Shown here: positions 38,779 through 48,328 of the stretch, one piece after another | Layout of the letters: each line of letters opens with the position of its first letter | Position numbering within the stretch: the first letter of the stretch is position 1 | NCBI GenBank assembly: GCA_045807245.1 | Contig: JBJMHS010000073.1 | Coordinates: forward strand, 1 to 64,000 | Direction: 5' to 3' | DNA: 64,000 nt | Origin: Actinomycetales bacterium | GTDB taxonomy: Bacteria; Actinomycetota; Actinomycetes; Actinomycetales; CAVURS01 | Made by a program: the position numbers and the translations under genes | The notes under the pieces: generated by a model | What the model was told of the DNA's origin: nothing | Database searches by the model: none | What the model saw: only the letters and a program-made list of their open reading frames with translations

Positions 38779-40569
38779 CTACGTCCCCTTGAGCACCGGT
38801 ACGACGGCCGCATCGGCTGCCGACAGTGGCGGCGGGGTCAGCGCATCGGTCCAGCCCGGCAGGTACAGCTTCAGGTAGTCGGGCGACGGCTTGCCCGTGT
38901 GGTTGTCCTTCGGGCGGCTGGCCCGGTCGCCGGACGTCCCGACCCAGATCGGCGTGCCGTTGGGCAGGTCGGCCGTCGGGATGCGCCCGCGCACCGAGGG
39001 CATGGTGAAGGACGGGCCGGACAGGTCCTTCGTGTACGACAGCCCGGACAGGGTGTCGAGGACGGACTGCCACTGCGAGCGCGCGCTCGTGGACCAGGCG
39101 TTCAGGCTCAGGACACGCAACCCCGCCGGGGCGACGTTCGCGGCCAGTCGCTGGGCACCTGGTCCCAGCGTCACGAGCGCGGCCAGGCCGCTGTTCGCAC
39201 TCCTGACCCGGCTGAGGATCTCCGTGTGCAGGGCTCGGACCCGGGGATCGTCGACGAGAGAGCTGCGCTTCGCGCTCGTCAGGTCACTGACATCGACCGG
39301 CAGCGTGCGCAGGATGAGGTAGCGCCTGGTCAGGCCGGCCGCCGTCAGCCAGGCCTGCAGCCGCTGGCCGGCCTCGCCGCAGAGCGCGCGGCCGGTGAAC
39401 AGGTCGTCGGGGGAGTCCGGGTCGGCCAGGATCACCAGGCTGAGCGAGCTGAACCGCCCGCGGTAGATCGCACCGGTGCCAAACGACGCTGACGAGGTCA
39501 CTCCGAGGGCCGCGAAGTCGGGCCAGCCCAGCCCGCTCTGGCCGCCCATGAGGAGCTTCGCGTACGTCGCGCTCGGTCCCGGGTCGAAGTTGCGCGGCGA
39601 GTGCCGCGGAGGCTCCACCGGGATGTCGCCCGACTCGTCGGCGTACCCGTCCTTGGTGCCAGTTCCGTTGTAGGAGTAGGTGAGTGAGGCGCCGGTGCCG
39701 GTGTACTTGCCCTGGGCTGAGAAGAGCTGGATGCTGCGCTGGTTGTCGCCGCGGTTGGACGAGGTCGCGCCTCTCCCGAGCCGGGGGCAGGTGCCGAACG
39801 GGAAGTCCCGATAGGGGATCGGGTCGCTGGCGTAGACGAACGCCTGGCTCAGGTCGCGGGTGGCGCCGGGGTCGGCCGGCAACCAGCTCGAGTCGGCATT
39901 GACCCACGTCCGGATCTGGCCGACCGCCCGGATGAAGTCGGCCTTGATCGCCGCTCCGCCACCACCGGTGATGCCACCAGGGTGCAGCACCCCGATGAAC
40001 CGCACGCCGGCGAGTGCGCCACCGCAGCTCGCGAGGTGCAGCTTGGCGGGGTTGGCCGTGCCGCCGTGGGACGCGATCCACGTGGCGACCGACTCCTTGG
40101 CAGCCTCCCCGACGGCGATGACCAGGCGCAGGTCGCCGTTGGCCACCTTGTCGAACATCGACTGCCGGTGCTTGACGATCGGCGACACGGGCTTCTGGCC
40201 CATGCCTTTGAGCGTCGCGGTGTACTGACCGAAGATCGGGTACACGAACGTGTTCATGAACAGGTAGGACTCGGTCACGCCGAGGTGGTTGAGCAGGTGC
40301 TGCATCCGAGCACCCGTCCCGCCGGTGAACGACCTGTGCGCGAGCGACTCGTCCTGCGCGCCCTCCTGGCCGATCACCAGCACGCGGGCCGAGCCGTCGA
40401 GGCGACCGCGGTAGAACATGGGGCCGAAGTGCCATCGGAACGCCTCGCGGCCGGTGACGGCCTTGCCCAGGCCCCGGTAGTTGGGTGTGGCCGCGAAGAG
40501 CTCTGGCCAACCGCTCGACTTGGCCGGGCCGGGGTCGTAGTCCCAGGGGTTTCCACGCGGATCCGCCAT
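38779..40569 (-). CDS. Protein with two tandem uracil-DNA-glycosylase-superfamily-like domains
   Basis: Domain 1 has VLVIGQEGAQDE...RSFTGGTG, N-T-F, VIAVG..A and VLHPG. Domain 2 repeats the DPGP, YRGR, R...GEAGQRLQ and IP..DLP.G blocks. Confidence 0.75.
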   Translation of the reverse strand: MADPRGNPWDYDPGPAKSSGWPELFAATPNYRGLGKAVTGREAFRWHFGPMFYRGRLDGSARVLVIGQEGAQDESLAHRSFTGGTGARMQHLLNHLGVTESYLFMNTFVYPIFGQYTATLKGMGQKPVSPIVKHRQSMFDKVANGDLRLVIAVGEAAKESVATWIASHGGTANPAKLHLASCGGALAGVRFIGVLHPGGITGGGGAAIKADFIRAVGQIRTWVNADSSWLPADPGATRDLSQAFVYASDPIPYRDFPFGTCPRLGRGATSSNRGDNQRSIQLFSAQGKYTGTGASLTYSYNGTGTKDGYADESGDIPVEPPRHSPRNFDPGPSATYAKLLMGGQSGLGWPDFAALGVTSSASFGTGAIYRGRFSSLSLVILADPDSPDDLFTGRALCGEAGQRLQAWLTAAGLTRRYLILRTLPVDVSDLTSAKRSSLVDDPRVRALHTEILSRVRSANSGLAALVTLGPGAQRLAANVAPAGLRVLSLNAWSTSARSQWQSVLDTLSGLSYTKDLSGPSFTMPSVRGRIPTADLPNGTPIWVGTSGDRASRPKDNHTGKPSPDYLKLYLPGWTDALTPPPLSAADAAVVPVLKGT

Positions 40570-40671
40570 GGCCAACCGCCATTCCTCGCCGGAGTTGCGC
40601 CACAGCCTGGCACACGTCGACTTCAGGAGGCCATGGTCGCCGCGCTGATACCGCCGGTCTGAGCTGTCCTT

Positions 40672-41430
40672 ATGCTCGTGCTCGTGAACAAGGCCGAACA
40701 GCTCAAAGCACTGCACGAGGCCGAGGACGTGCTCGTTCTGGTGAACGTCTGGGACGTCGCGACGGCGCGTACCGTGGCCGGTCTCCCGGGCACGCGCGCC
40801 CTGGCGACGGCGAGCCACTCGATCGCCGAGGCTCACGGCTACGAGGACGGCGAGCACATCCCGTTCGACCTGATGCTGGCGGCCGTGGAGCGCATCGTTC
40901 GTGCTGTCGACCTGCCGGTCACCGCGGATCTCGAAGCCGGGTACGGCGACGTCGACCGCACCATCCGGGCCGCGATCGGTGTCGGCGCGGTCGGGGCGAA
41001 CCTCGAGGACGGGATGCGCCCGTTCCCGGAATCCGTTGCGGCAGTGCGGCAAGCCATGGCGGCTGCGGAGGCGGAGGGTGTGCCGTTCGTGCTCAACGCA
41101 CGCACCGACGCCTACCTGCTCGCAGGCGACCGTGACCCGGGTGAGGTACTCGCGGATGCGATCGCCCGTGGTCGCGCATTCCTGACCGAGGGCGCCACGT
41201 GTGTGTTCGTTCCAGGTGTCGCGGAGCCGTCGGTCATCGCCGCTCTGGTGGACGGCATCGGCGTGCGGAAGGTCAGCGTCATCGCGGGGCGTGGCGGCCC
41301 CACCATGGCCGAGCTGCAGGCGCTCGGTGTCGCCCGCGTCTCGTCCGGTCCGTACCCGCAGATCTACCTGCTCGAAGCCCTCGCGCAGCTGGGGACGACG
41401 CTGCTGTCCGGCGGAGGCTTCCCGGCATGA
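40672..41430 (+). CDS. Isocitrate lyase/PEP mutase family protein
   Basis: Motifs NVWDVATAR, ATASHSIA..HGY.DGE, TADLEAGYG, GANLED and LNARTD. Start may be 40684. Confidence 0.9.
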   Translation: MLVLVNKAEQLKALHEAEDVLVLVNVWDVATARTVAGLPGTRALATASHSIAEAHGYEDGEHIPFDLMLAAVERIVRAVDLPVTADLEAGYGDVDRTIRAAIGVGAVGANLEDGMRPFPESVAAVRQAMAAAEAEGVPFVLNARTDAYLLAGDRDPGEVLADAIARGRAFLTEGATCVFVPGVAEPSVIAALVDGIGVRKVSVIAGRGGPTMAELQALGVARVSSGPYPQIYLLEALAQLGTTLLSGGGFPA

Positions 41431-42266
41431 GCGGCGCGGACGAGCGGACCGTGCGGCTGGGGCACGGCGCAGTCCTGCCCCGGCTCGGCTTCGGCACCTC
41501 TCCGATGAACGACCGAGACGCGGAACGTGCTGTGACAGCAGCAATCGAGGCGGGCTACCGCCTGGTCGACACGGCGGAGAACTACGGCAACGAGGCGGGC
41601 GTCGGGCGCGCGGTGCGGGCCTCTGGCCTGCCGCGCGACGAGCTCTTCGTCACGACCAAGTTCAACCGCCGATGGCATGGCGCCGATCTGGTCGAGCAGG
41701 CCCTGACCGGCAGCCTTGAGCGGCTGGGGCTGGACTACGTCGACCTGCTGCTCGTGCACTGGCCGAACCCGGACCAGGACCGGTACGTCGACGCCTGGCG
41801 GGGACTGGCCGGCCTCCTCGAGGAGGGTCGGGTGCGGGCCATCGGCATGTCGAACTTCAAGCCGACGCACATCGATCGCCTGCTCGCGGAGACCGGCGTG
41901 ACGCCGGACCTGAACCAGATCCAGCTCAACCCGTTCACGACGCGCGACACCAGCCGTCAGTACGACGCGGAGCACGGCATCGTCACGCAGTCCTGGAGCC
42001 CGCTCGGTGGCCGCCGGGCCAATGTGCTGCACGACCGGACCATCCAGGGCGTCGCCGAGCGTCTCGGGCGTACGCCGGCGCAGGTCGTCCTGCGCTGGCA
42101 CCTGCAGCTCGGCCTGGCCGTGATCCCGAAGTCGAGCGACCCTGGCCGCATCCGGTCGAACGCCGACGTCTGGGACTTCGAGCTCGGCCCGGACGACATG
42201 GCCGCGATCAGCGGGCTGGACCAGGGCGAGGGCGCCGCGACGGACTCGGACGCCTTCGGCCACTGA
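41427..42266 (+). CDS. Aldo/keto reductase (2,5-DKG reductase-like)
   Basis: Motifs GYRLVDTAENYGNE, VTTK, LVHWP, IGMSNF, WSPLG and IPKS. Confidence 0.93.
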   Translation: MSGADERTVRLGHGAVLPRLGFGTSPMNDRDAERAVTAAIEAGYRLVDTAENYGNEAGVGRAVRASGLPRDELFVTTKFNRRWHGADLVEQALTGSLERLGLDYVDLLLVHWPNPDQDRYVDAWRGLAGLLEEGRVRAIGMSNFKPTHIDRLLAETGVTPDLNQIQLNPFTTRDTSRQYDAEHGIVTQSWSPLGGRRANVLHDRTIQGVAERLGRTPAQVVLRWHLQLGLAVIPKSSDPGRIRSNADVWDFELGPDDMAAISGLDQGEGAATDSDAFGH

Positions 42267-42381
42267 GGTGTGGCGAAACGCCTTCTCGTACTCACGCGAT
42301 CTCGACGTCGAAGACCGGTCGCTCGCCCTTGTGGCCGACGCGCTCGGCGTCGTCGCTTGGATGCGGCTCTACTCTGCCGGA

Positions 42382-43185
42382 GTGTCCGTGGAGCGTCCGT
42401 CGTTTCGGGTTCAGCGGGCTTTCGGGGTTGGCTCAGAGTTCAGACGATTGCCAGGGGGCCAGGGGACGTCGTGGGTTTCGGGCGACCTGGTGTTCAAGCC
42501 GGGCGGCGCAGAGGTGCAGGGCTGGCTCGGAGGTGTATTGGCCGGCCTTCGTGTGGATTCCGTGCGGGTGGCGTTGCCGAAGGCGGCCGGCGATGGCTCA
42601 TGGAGTGTGGACGGCTGGACGGCAACATCTTTCGTCGAGGGCAGCCACCCTGACCTGCGCTTGCCCTCCACGTGGGTCCGGATCGTCGCAGCGGGGCGAT
42701 CGTTTCACCAAGCAGTAGCGCACCTGGGCCGCCCCGACGTTCTCGATGGCCGAGACGACCCATGGGCTACTGCGGACCGCGTGGCCTGGGGCGAGCGGCC
42801 CATGCACTTCCTCCCGGAGTTCGCCGATCTGGCGGGCCGGCTCTTGAACTCCCAGCCACCGCCGGGCCGGCCACAGCTGGTGCACGGCGACCTCACGGGC
42901 AATGTGCTGTTCGCCGCCGAGCTGCCTCCGGCTGTGATTGACATCTCGCCGTACTGGCGTCCGCCGTCGTACGCCGAGGCCGTCGTGGCTGCCGATGCAC
43001 TGTGCTGGCACGGCGCAGATGCATCCGTGCTTGGCCTGGTCGGAGTATCCGCCGGAGCAGTGGCCCGAGCGCTGCTCTTCCGCATGGCGACCACCAACGC
43101 CCTCGCTACGGCCAGGGCGGACACCGTCGATGTGACCACAGAGGCGCACCGCTACCAACGTGCCGCCGAGGCCATCGGGTTCTAG
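42382..43185 (+). CDS. Aminoglycoside phosphotransferase-like kinase (TIGR02569-like)
   Basis: Motifs GGQG, VFKP, W..ADRVAWGE, VHGDLTGNVLF and IDISPYWRP. Start is uncertain. Confidence 0.8.
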   Translation: MSVERPSFRVQRAFGVGSEFRRLPGGQGTSWVSGDLVFKPGGAEVQGWLGGVLAGLRVDSVRVALPKAAGDGSWSVDGWTATSFVEGSHPDLRLPSTWVRIVAAGRSFHQAVAHLGRPDVLDGRDDPWATADRVAWGERPMHFLPEFADLAGRLLNSQPPPGRPQLVHGDLTGNVLFAAELPPAVIDISPYWRPPSYAEAVVAADALCWHGADASVLGLVGVSAGAVARALLFRMATTNALATARADTVDVTTEAHRYQRAAEAIGF

Positions 43186-43311
43186 ACCGAGAAGGTCCCT
43201 GCCCGCGTCCGGGCCTGCCGGCGACAGTCGCGGCGGTAGCACGCACCTGCTCTGGTCTGCGGCGAGTCTCGGCGCACGCGGTCCGGCTGTTGGTCTGGCA
43301 GCATCGAGCGG

Positions 43312-44127
43312 GTGCTGTCTGAGGAGTTTGCGTGGCGTGGTCGTTCGGTGCGGTGGGGGCGCGCCGGGAGTGGGCCGGCTGTGGTTTTCTGTCACGGCAC
43401 TCCCTGGTCCTCTGATCTCTGGCGACCCGTCGCGGAGGCCCTTGCTCCCTTCTTCACCGTCTACCTCTGGGACATGCCGGGGTACGGAGTCTCGTCGAAA
43501 CACCCCGGGCACCCGGTCTCCCTCGACGTTCAGGGTGAGCTGTTCAGCGATCTGTTGGCGTTCTGGGAGCTGAGGTCACCGCACGTCGTGGCGCACGACT
43601 TCGGCGGCGCCGTGGCCCTCCGCGCGCATCTGTTGCATCAAAGTGGGTTTGCGTCGCTGGCGCTGGTCGACGTGGTCGCTCTGCGGCCTTGGGGTTCGGA
43701 CTTCTTCCGCCTCGTGCGCGATCACGCCGAGGTGTTCAGTGCGCTTCCCGCGGCTGTTCATGAGGGAGCCTTGCGCGCTTACATCAGCGGTGCCAGCCAC
43801 CGCGGGCTGACGCCGGCTGCCCTCGGCGCGTTGACCGTGCCCTGGCTCGACGATGTGGGGCAGGCAGCGTTCTATCGTCAGATCGCGGAAGCGGATGAGG
43901 CATACACCGACCAGATCCAGCCTTTGTACCCGGCCATCGACGTACCGGTCCTGGTGGTATGGGGCCGAGATGATGCATGGATCCCGGTGGAGCGTGCACA
44001 TCGGCTGCAAGACTTGATTCCCGGGGCTCGGCTATTGGTGATCGAGGAAGCCGGACATCTGATCCAGCTCGATCAACCCGCGGCACTCACCGCGGCACTG
44101 ATGCGATGGCTCAGCAGCATCGAATGA
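43312..44127 (+). CDS. Alpha/beta-fold hydrolase
   Basis: Motifs HGTPWSS, DMPGYG.S, AHDFGG (nucleophile Asp), WGRDD and AGHL. Confidence 0.9.
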   Translation: MLSEEFAWRGRSVRWGRAGSGPAVVFCHGTPWSSDLWRPVAEALAPFFTVYLWDMPGYGVSSKHPGHPVSLDVQGELFSDLLAFWELRSPHVVAHDFGGAVALRAHLLHQSGFASLALVDVVALRPWGSDFFRLVRDHAEVFSALPAAVHEGALRAYISGASHRGLTPAALGALTVPWLDDVGQAAFYRQIAEADEAYTDQIQPLYPAIDVPVLVVWGRDDAWIPVERAHRLQDLIPGARLLVIEEAGHLIQLDQPAALTAALMRWLSSIE

Positions 44128-44175
44128 AGCCCGGCCACCTCTGGTGACGCGACGCCGCCATGGTCCAGCGTTCGC

Positions 44176-45645
44176 TTACTCCACGAGGGCAGGCTCGGCG
44201 ATCGGGGCCGCCTGGGCGGCCTTCGGCACCCTGATCAGCGCCAGTGACGCGACCAGAGCCAATGCCGTCACCACGATGGCGGCATCGAAGGCCTGCCGCT
44301 GCCCAGCCAGGAAGACGGTCGTCTGACCCTGTGCGGTGGCGGCGAGAGCGCCGAGCTCGCCCGCCCGAGTGGCGGCGGCGTGCGCGAAAACCGTTCCGAA
44401 GACGGCGAGTCCGATGGCGCCCCCGACTTGCTGGCCGGTGTTGAGCAGGGCCGAGGCGAGGCCGGTCTCATGCGGAGCCACGCCGTTGACGGCGGTCATG
44501 GTCAACGGCACGAAGCTCGAGCCCATGCCGAGGCCGAGCAGGATGAGACAGCCGAAGAACTCCCAGTAGGAGCTCGTCGCGCTCAGCCGCCCGAACGAGA
44601 CCATCGCCGCGATGGCGAGAATCGGGCCGACGGTCAGGAAGGGACGGATGCCGATCGTCGGGATGAGCCGTCGGACCACCACGAGGGACATGATCGTGAT
44701 CGTCACGGGCATCGGGAGGAACCCGAGGCCAGTCCGGAACGGGCTCCATCCGTGCACGTCCTGCAGGTACTGCGCCATCAGGTAGAACGTCGTGAAGAGC
44801 GCTGCCGCCAGGAACAGCATGATCAGGTAGGCGCCAGTTCGGTTGCGGTCGGCGAATATTCGGAACGGCATGAGCGGATGGCTCGACACGTGCTCGATGA
44901 CGATGAAGGCGACCACCAGGGCTACGGCGATGGCGAGGGTCACGAGCGTGGTAGCTGAGGTCCACCCATCGCTGGCGGCCTTGGTCAGCCCGTAGACCAG
45001 GATCGACATGCCTGCGGTCACGGAGATCGCGCCGGGCAGGTCGAGTCTCGTTCCCGAGCCCTGCGACTCGCTGAGCGTCCGCGGCGTCAAGAACAGCACG
45101 ATGGCCCCGATCGGCACGTTGATGAACAGCGCCCAGCGCCAGCTCGCGAAGTCGGTAAGGGTGCCACCAAGCAGCAGGCCTAAAGCCCCACCCGACGCGG
45201 CCATGGCCGCGAACACGCCGAAGGCGCGGGCACGGGCCGCCGGCTCGGTGAACGTCGTGGCCAGCAGGGCGAGCGCGGTGGGGGCGGCGATGGCGCCGCC
45301 CGCGCCCTGCGCCGCCCGTGCCGCGATCAGCATGACCTCGCTGGTCGCGAGCCCGCCCACCAGGGACGCCGCCGCGAAGAGCGAGACACCGATCATGAAC
45401 ATGCGCCGGCGCCCGAAGAAGTCGCCCGTACGCCCGCCGAAGAGCAGGAGTCCGCCGAAGGTGAGCGAGTAGGCGGTGATGACCCAGGTGAGGTTGTCGG
45501 CCGAGAAGCCGAGGTCGTGTCGGATCTTCGGCAGCGCGACGTTCACCACGGTGGCGTCGAGGACCACCATCAGCTGGGCAACGCAGATCACCGCCAGGGC
45601 GAGCCCTCCGTTACGCGTCGCAGGCGGGTTCGAGACATCAGTCAT
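44176..45645 (-). CDS. DHA2-family MFS efflux transporter
   Basis: Motifs QLMVVLDATVVNVALP, GRTGDFFGRRR, WRWALFINVP and QQVGGAIG. Confidence 0.93.
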   Translation of the reverse strand: MTDVSNPPATRNGGLALAVICVAQLMVVLDATVVNVALPKIRHDLGFSADNLTWVITAYSLTFGGLLLFGGRTGDFFGRRRMFMIGVSLFAAASLVGGLATSEVMLIAARAAQGAGGAIAAPTALALLATTFTEPAARARAFGVFAAMAASGGALGLLLGGTLTDFASWRWALFINVPIGAIVLFLTPRTLSESQGSGTRLDLPGAISVTAGMSILVYGLTKAASDGWTSATTLVTLAIAVALVVAFIVIEHVSSHPLMPFRIFADRNRTGAYLIMLFLAAALFTTFYLMAQYLQDVHGWSPFRTGLGFLPMPVTITIMSLVVVRRLIPTIGIRPFLTVGPILAIAAMVSFGRLSATSSYWEFFGCLILLGLGMGSSFVPLTMTAVNGVAPHETGLASALLNTGQQVGGAIGLAVFGTVFAHAAATRAGELGALAATAQGQTTVFLAGQRQAFDAAIVVTALALVASLALIRVPKAAQAAPIAEPALVE

Positions 45646-46282
45646 GGGGCTTCTCCGTGTCAGGGGTCGAGACAGGTCGGGGCGGACGCCCGAGGACCGG
45701 GAGCAACACGCTGCCGACGATCTGCTCCGCGTATGCACGGCCCGCGGGCTGGCCGGTCATCAGTGCACGCTGGAGCATGAGCGACGGGACCAGGCTCGCG
45801 GCCATGGCCACATCGATATCGGGGCCGAGCTCCCCACGGCTGCGGGCGCGCACGAGCATCTCGGTGATGCGCTCGATGCGCGGCTCGGTGAATCGCGTCC
45901 GGAAGGCCTCGAGCAGCTCGGGCTCACGGGGGAGGGCAGAGCAGATGCTCACCATGACCTGGAACAGCCTCTGCGAGTACGGGCTGCACGAGGCCAGGAC
46001 CATCAGCTCGATGTCGCCGTCGAGCGAACCGGTGTCGATCACGTCGACGGCGGGCTTGAGGCTGGCCATCGCGTCGATGACCAGCTCGGCCTTGCTGCCC
46101 CACCGCCGGTAGACGGTGGCCTTCCCGACCCCGGCTGTTGAGGCGACTCCCTCCATGGAGAGGCGGTCGTAGCCCTCTTGGATCAGGAGGTCGATCGACG
46201 CCTCGATGATCGCCTCATCGCGGCTCGGGTCCCGGGGGCGGCCGCGGGGACGGTCGTCAGTCAGGGCGTCGGTCAACTCCAC
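45638..46282 (-). CDS. TetR/AcrR-family regulator
   Basis: GRPRD and HTH SMEGVASTAGVGKATVYRRW.SK. Confidence 0.93.
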   Translation of the reverse strand: MELTDALTDDRPRGRPRDPSRDEAIIEASIDLLIQEGYDRLSMEGVASTAGVGKATVYRRWGSKAELVIDAMASLKPAVDVIDTGSLDGDIELMVLASCSPYSQRLFQVMVSICSALPREPELLEAFRTRFTEPRIERITEMLVRARSRGELGPDIDVAMAASLVPSLMLQRALMTGQPAGRAYAEQIVGSVLLPVLGRPPRPVSTPDTEKPHD

Positions 46283-46293
46283 AGCGGGGACCG

Positions 46294-46326
46294 TATCACG
46301 AAACGGAACAGGATCGTTTCGTAATA
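46294..46326. promoter_or_regulatory. TetR operator palindrome
   Basis: TATCACGAAACG-N9-CGTTTCGTAATA (one mismatch in 12) directly upstream of the TetR-MFS operon. Confidence 0.75.
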
Positions 46327-46393
46327 GACCAACGCTGCTCAGGCGAGGGTGCGGCGAGCCAGGCTCCGAGCTTGCGGCGTCTGGCGTGAAGCG

Positions 46394-47251
46394 TCAGTCG
46401 AGGCCGACGCCCAGACGGCGGGCCAGGGACATCGCGTCGTACGGGGCCCGCACCTTGACGTCGTTGTCGAAGTACACGCGCACCGCCTCGATGTCGGGGT
46501 GTTCGGCCCAGCCGCGGACCCGGTCGGCCCAGCGGTCCAGGTCCGCCTCGGGGTAGCCGCTGACGTACAGCTGGTCGGCGCCGTGCAGGCGCACGTACAT
46601 GTGGTCCGCGGTGATCTCGTCGAACTGCGGCCACGCTGTCCCGCCGTCGGAGACCACGATCGCGACGCCGTACTCCTTGCAGAGGCGACAGAAGTCGTCG
46701 TTGCGGAAGCTCAGGTGCCGTACCTCCAGCGCGTGGCGGAGCCGCCGCCCACCGCGTCCGCGTCTGGCCCGTTGCCACAGCGGTTCGTCGCCGGCGCGCG
46801 GCATGGTGCGTTCGTTCTTGCGAGCCAGCGCCGCTGCTTCGCCCTCGGTCCATGGCAGCTCCGCGAAGAACTCGGCCAGGACCGACCGGTCGTACTGGAA
46901 GTTCGGCGGCAGCTGCCACAGGATCGGCCCGAGCCGGTCGTCGAGCAGCAGCGGGCTGCTCGCGAAGAAGGTCGCGAGGGCGGCCTCGGCGTCGCGCAGC
47001 CGCTTCATGTGGGTGACGAAGCGGCCTCCCTTGACGGCGAACTCGAAGTCTCGCGGCACCGCGTCACGCCATTGCCGCCAGTACGCCGGCGCCTGCAGGG
47101 AGTAGAAGGACCCGTTGATCTCGATCGTGCGCAGCCGACTGGCGGCGTACGGGAGCTCCTCTCGCTGCGGCAGCCCGGGCGGGTAGAACTCACCACGCCA
47201 GGGTGGGTACCGCCAGCCCGAGATACCCACCCGGACGTCGGCCGTCGTCAT
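46394..47251 (-). CDS. DUF72 (YecE) domain protein
   Basis: Motifs VGISGWRY..W...FYP, IEINGSFY, LWQLPP, ALEVRH, YVRLHG and YFDND. Confidence 0.92.
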   Translation of the reverse strand: MTTADVRVGISGWRYPPWRGEFYPPGLPQREELPYAASRLRTIEINGSFYSLQAPAYWRQWRDAVPRDFEFAVKGGRFVTHMKRLRDAEAALATFFASSPLLLDDRLGPILWQLPPNFQYDRSVLAEFFAELPWTEGEAAALARKNERTMPRAGDEPLWQRARRGRGGRRLRHALEVRHLSFRNDDFCRLCKEYGVAIVVSDGGTAWPQFDEITADHMYVRLHGADQLYVSGYPEADLDRWADRVRGWAEHPDIEAVRVYFDNDVKVRAPYDAMSLARRLGVGLD

Positions 47252-47292
47252 GCCGCCATGTCTACCGTGGTCCCGATCCGGACCGCTCGCCG

Positions 47293-48306
47293 CTAGGCGG
47301 CGTACGGCGTGTGCTCGCGCGGTACGACCTCGCCCGCAGGCGGTGGTCCGGGTGGTGTGCCGGCTCCGAACGGCTTGCCGCCCAAGGACTCCCGGCCGTG
47401 TGGACTGTGCCAGCCGGCGAGGTCTGGTCCGCGCGGAACGAGCCCGCTCGGGTTGATGTCCTCGTGCACGACGTAGTAGTGCTGCTTGATGTGCTCGAAG
47501 TCGACGGTGTCACCGAAACCGGGCGTCTGGAACAGGTCGCGGGCATACGCCCAGAGCACCGGCAGCTCGGTCAGCTTGTGCCGGTTGCACTTGAAGTGGC
47601 CGTGGTAGACGGCGTCGAAGCGGACGAGTGTCGTGAACAGCCGCACGTCGGCCTCGGTGAGGTTGTCGCCCACGAGGTAGCGCCGGCGGGACAGGCGGGC
47701 CGAGAGCCAGTCGAGCCCAGCGAACAGGCGGTCGTACGCCGCGTCGTACGCCTCCTGGGACCCCGCGAACCCGCAGCGGTACACGCCGTTGTTGACATCG
47801 GCATAGACCCGCGCGTTGACGGCGTCGATCTCCTCGCGCAGCGGCTCGGGGTAGAGCTCCGTTGCACCGGGCCGGTGATGAGCCGACCACTGCGTCGAGA
47901 AGTCGAGCGTCATGCGGTCGAAGTCGTTCGTGACCACGGCACCCGTCGGCACATCGACGAGCGCCGGCACGGTGATCCCGCGGTCGTAGTCGGGGAAACG
48001 GCGACGATAGGCCTCTTCGAGCCGCGCGATGCCGAGGACCGGGTCCCGCCCGCCGGGGTCGAGGGCGAAGTTCCGGCTGCGCTCGTCGTGGGTCGGCGCC
48101 GCGATGGCCATCGGGAGGGCGCGCTCGAGGCCGAGCAGCCGGCGCACGACGACAGCCCGGCTGGCCCAGGGGCAGGCCCGACTGACGACCAGCCGGTACC
48201 GACCGGCCTCGACCGGGTAGCCGTCGCGCCCGTCCGCCGTGATGCGGGTGGTGATGTAGCGCTCGTCGCGGTCGAAACCGCCGGAGCTCACGAACGACGG
48301 GGACAT
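47293..48306 (-). CDS. Glutathionyl-hydroquinone reductase / GST-omega-like (YqjG family)
   Basis: Motifs GRYRL...ACPWA, TVPAL, VNNGVYRCGF, RFDAVYHGHFKCN and IKQHYY. Confidence 0.92.
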   Translation of the reverse strand: MSPSFVSSGGFDRDERYITTRITADGRDGYPVEAGRYRLVVSRACPWASRAVVVRRLLGLERALPMAIAAPTHDERSRNFALDPGGRDPVLGIARLEEAYRRRFPDYDRGITVPALVDVPTGAVVTNDFDRMTLDFSTQWSAHHRPGATELYPEPLREEIDAVNARVYADVNNGVYRCGFAGSQEAYDAAYDRLFAGLDWLSARLSRRRYLVGDNLTEADVRLFTTLVRFDAVYHGHFKCNRHKLTELPVLWAYARDLFQTPGFGDTVDFEHIKQHYYVVHEDINPSGLVPRGPDLAGWHSPHGRESLGGKPFGAGTPPGPPPAGEVVPREHTPYAA

Positions 48307-48328
48307 CCAACGATCCTGACCCAGCGGC

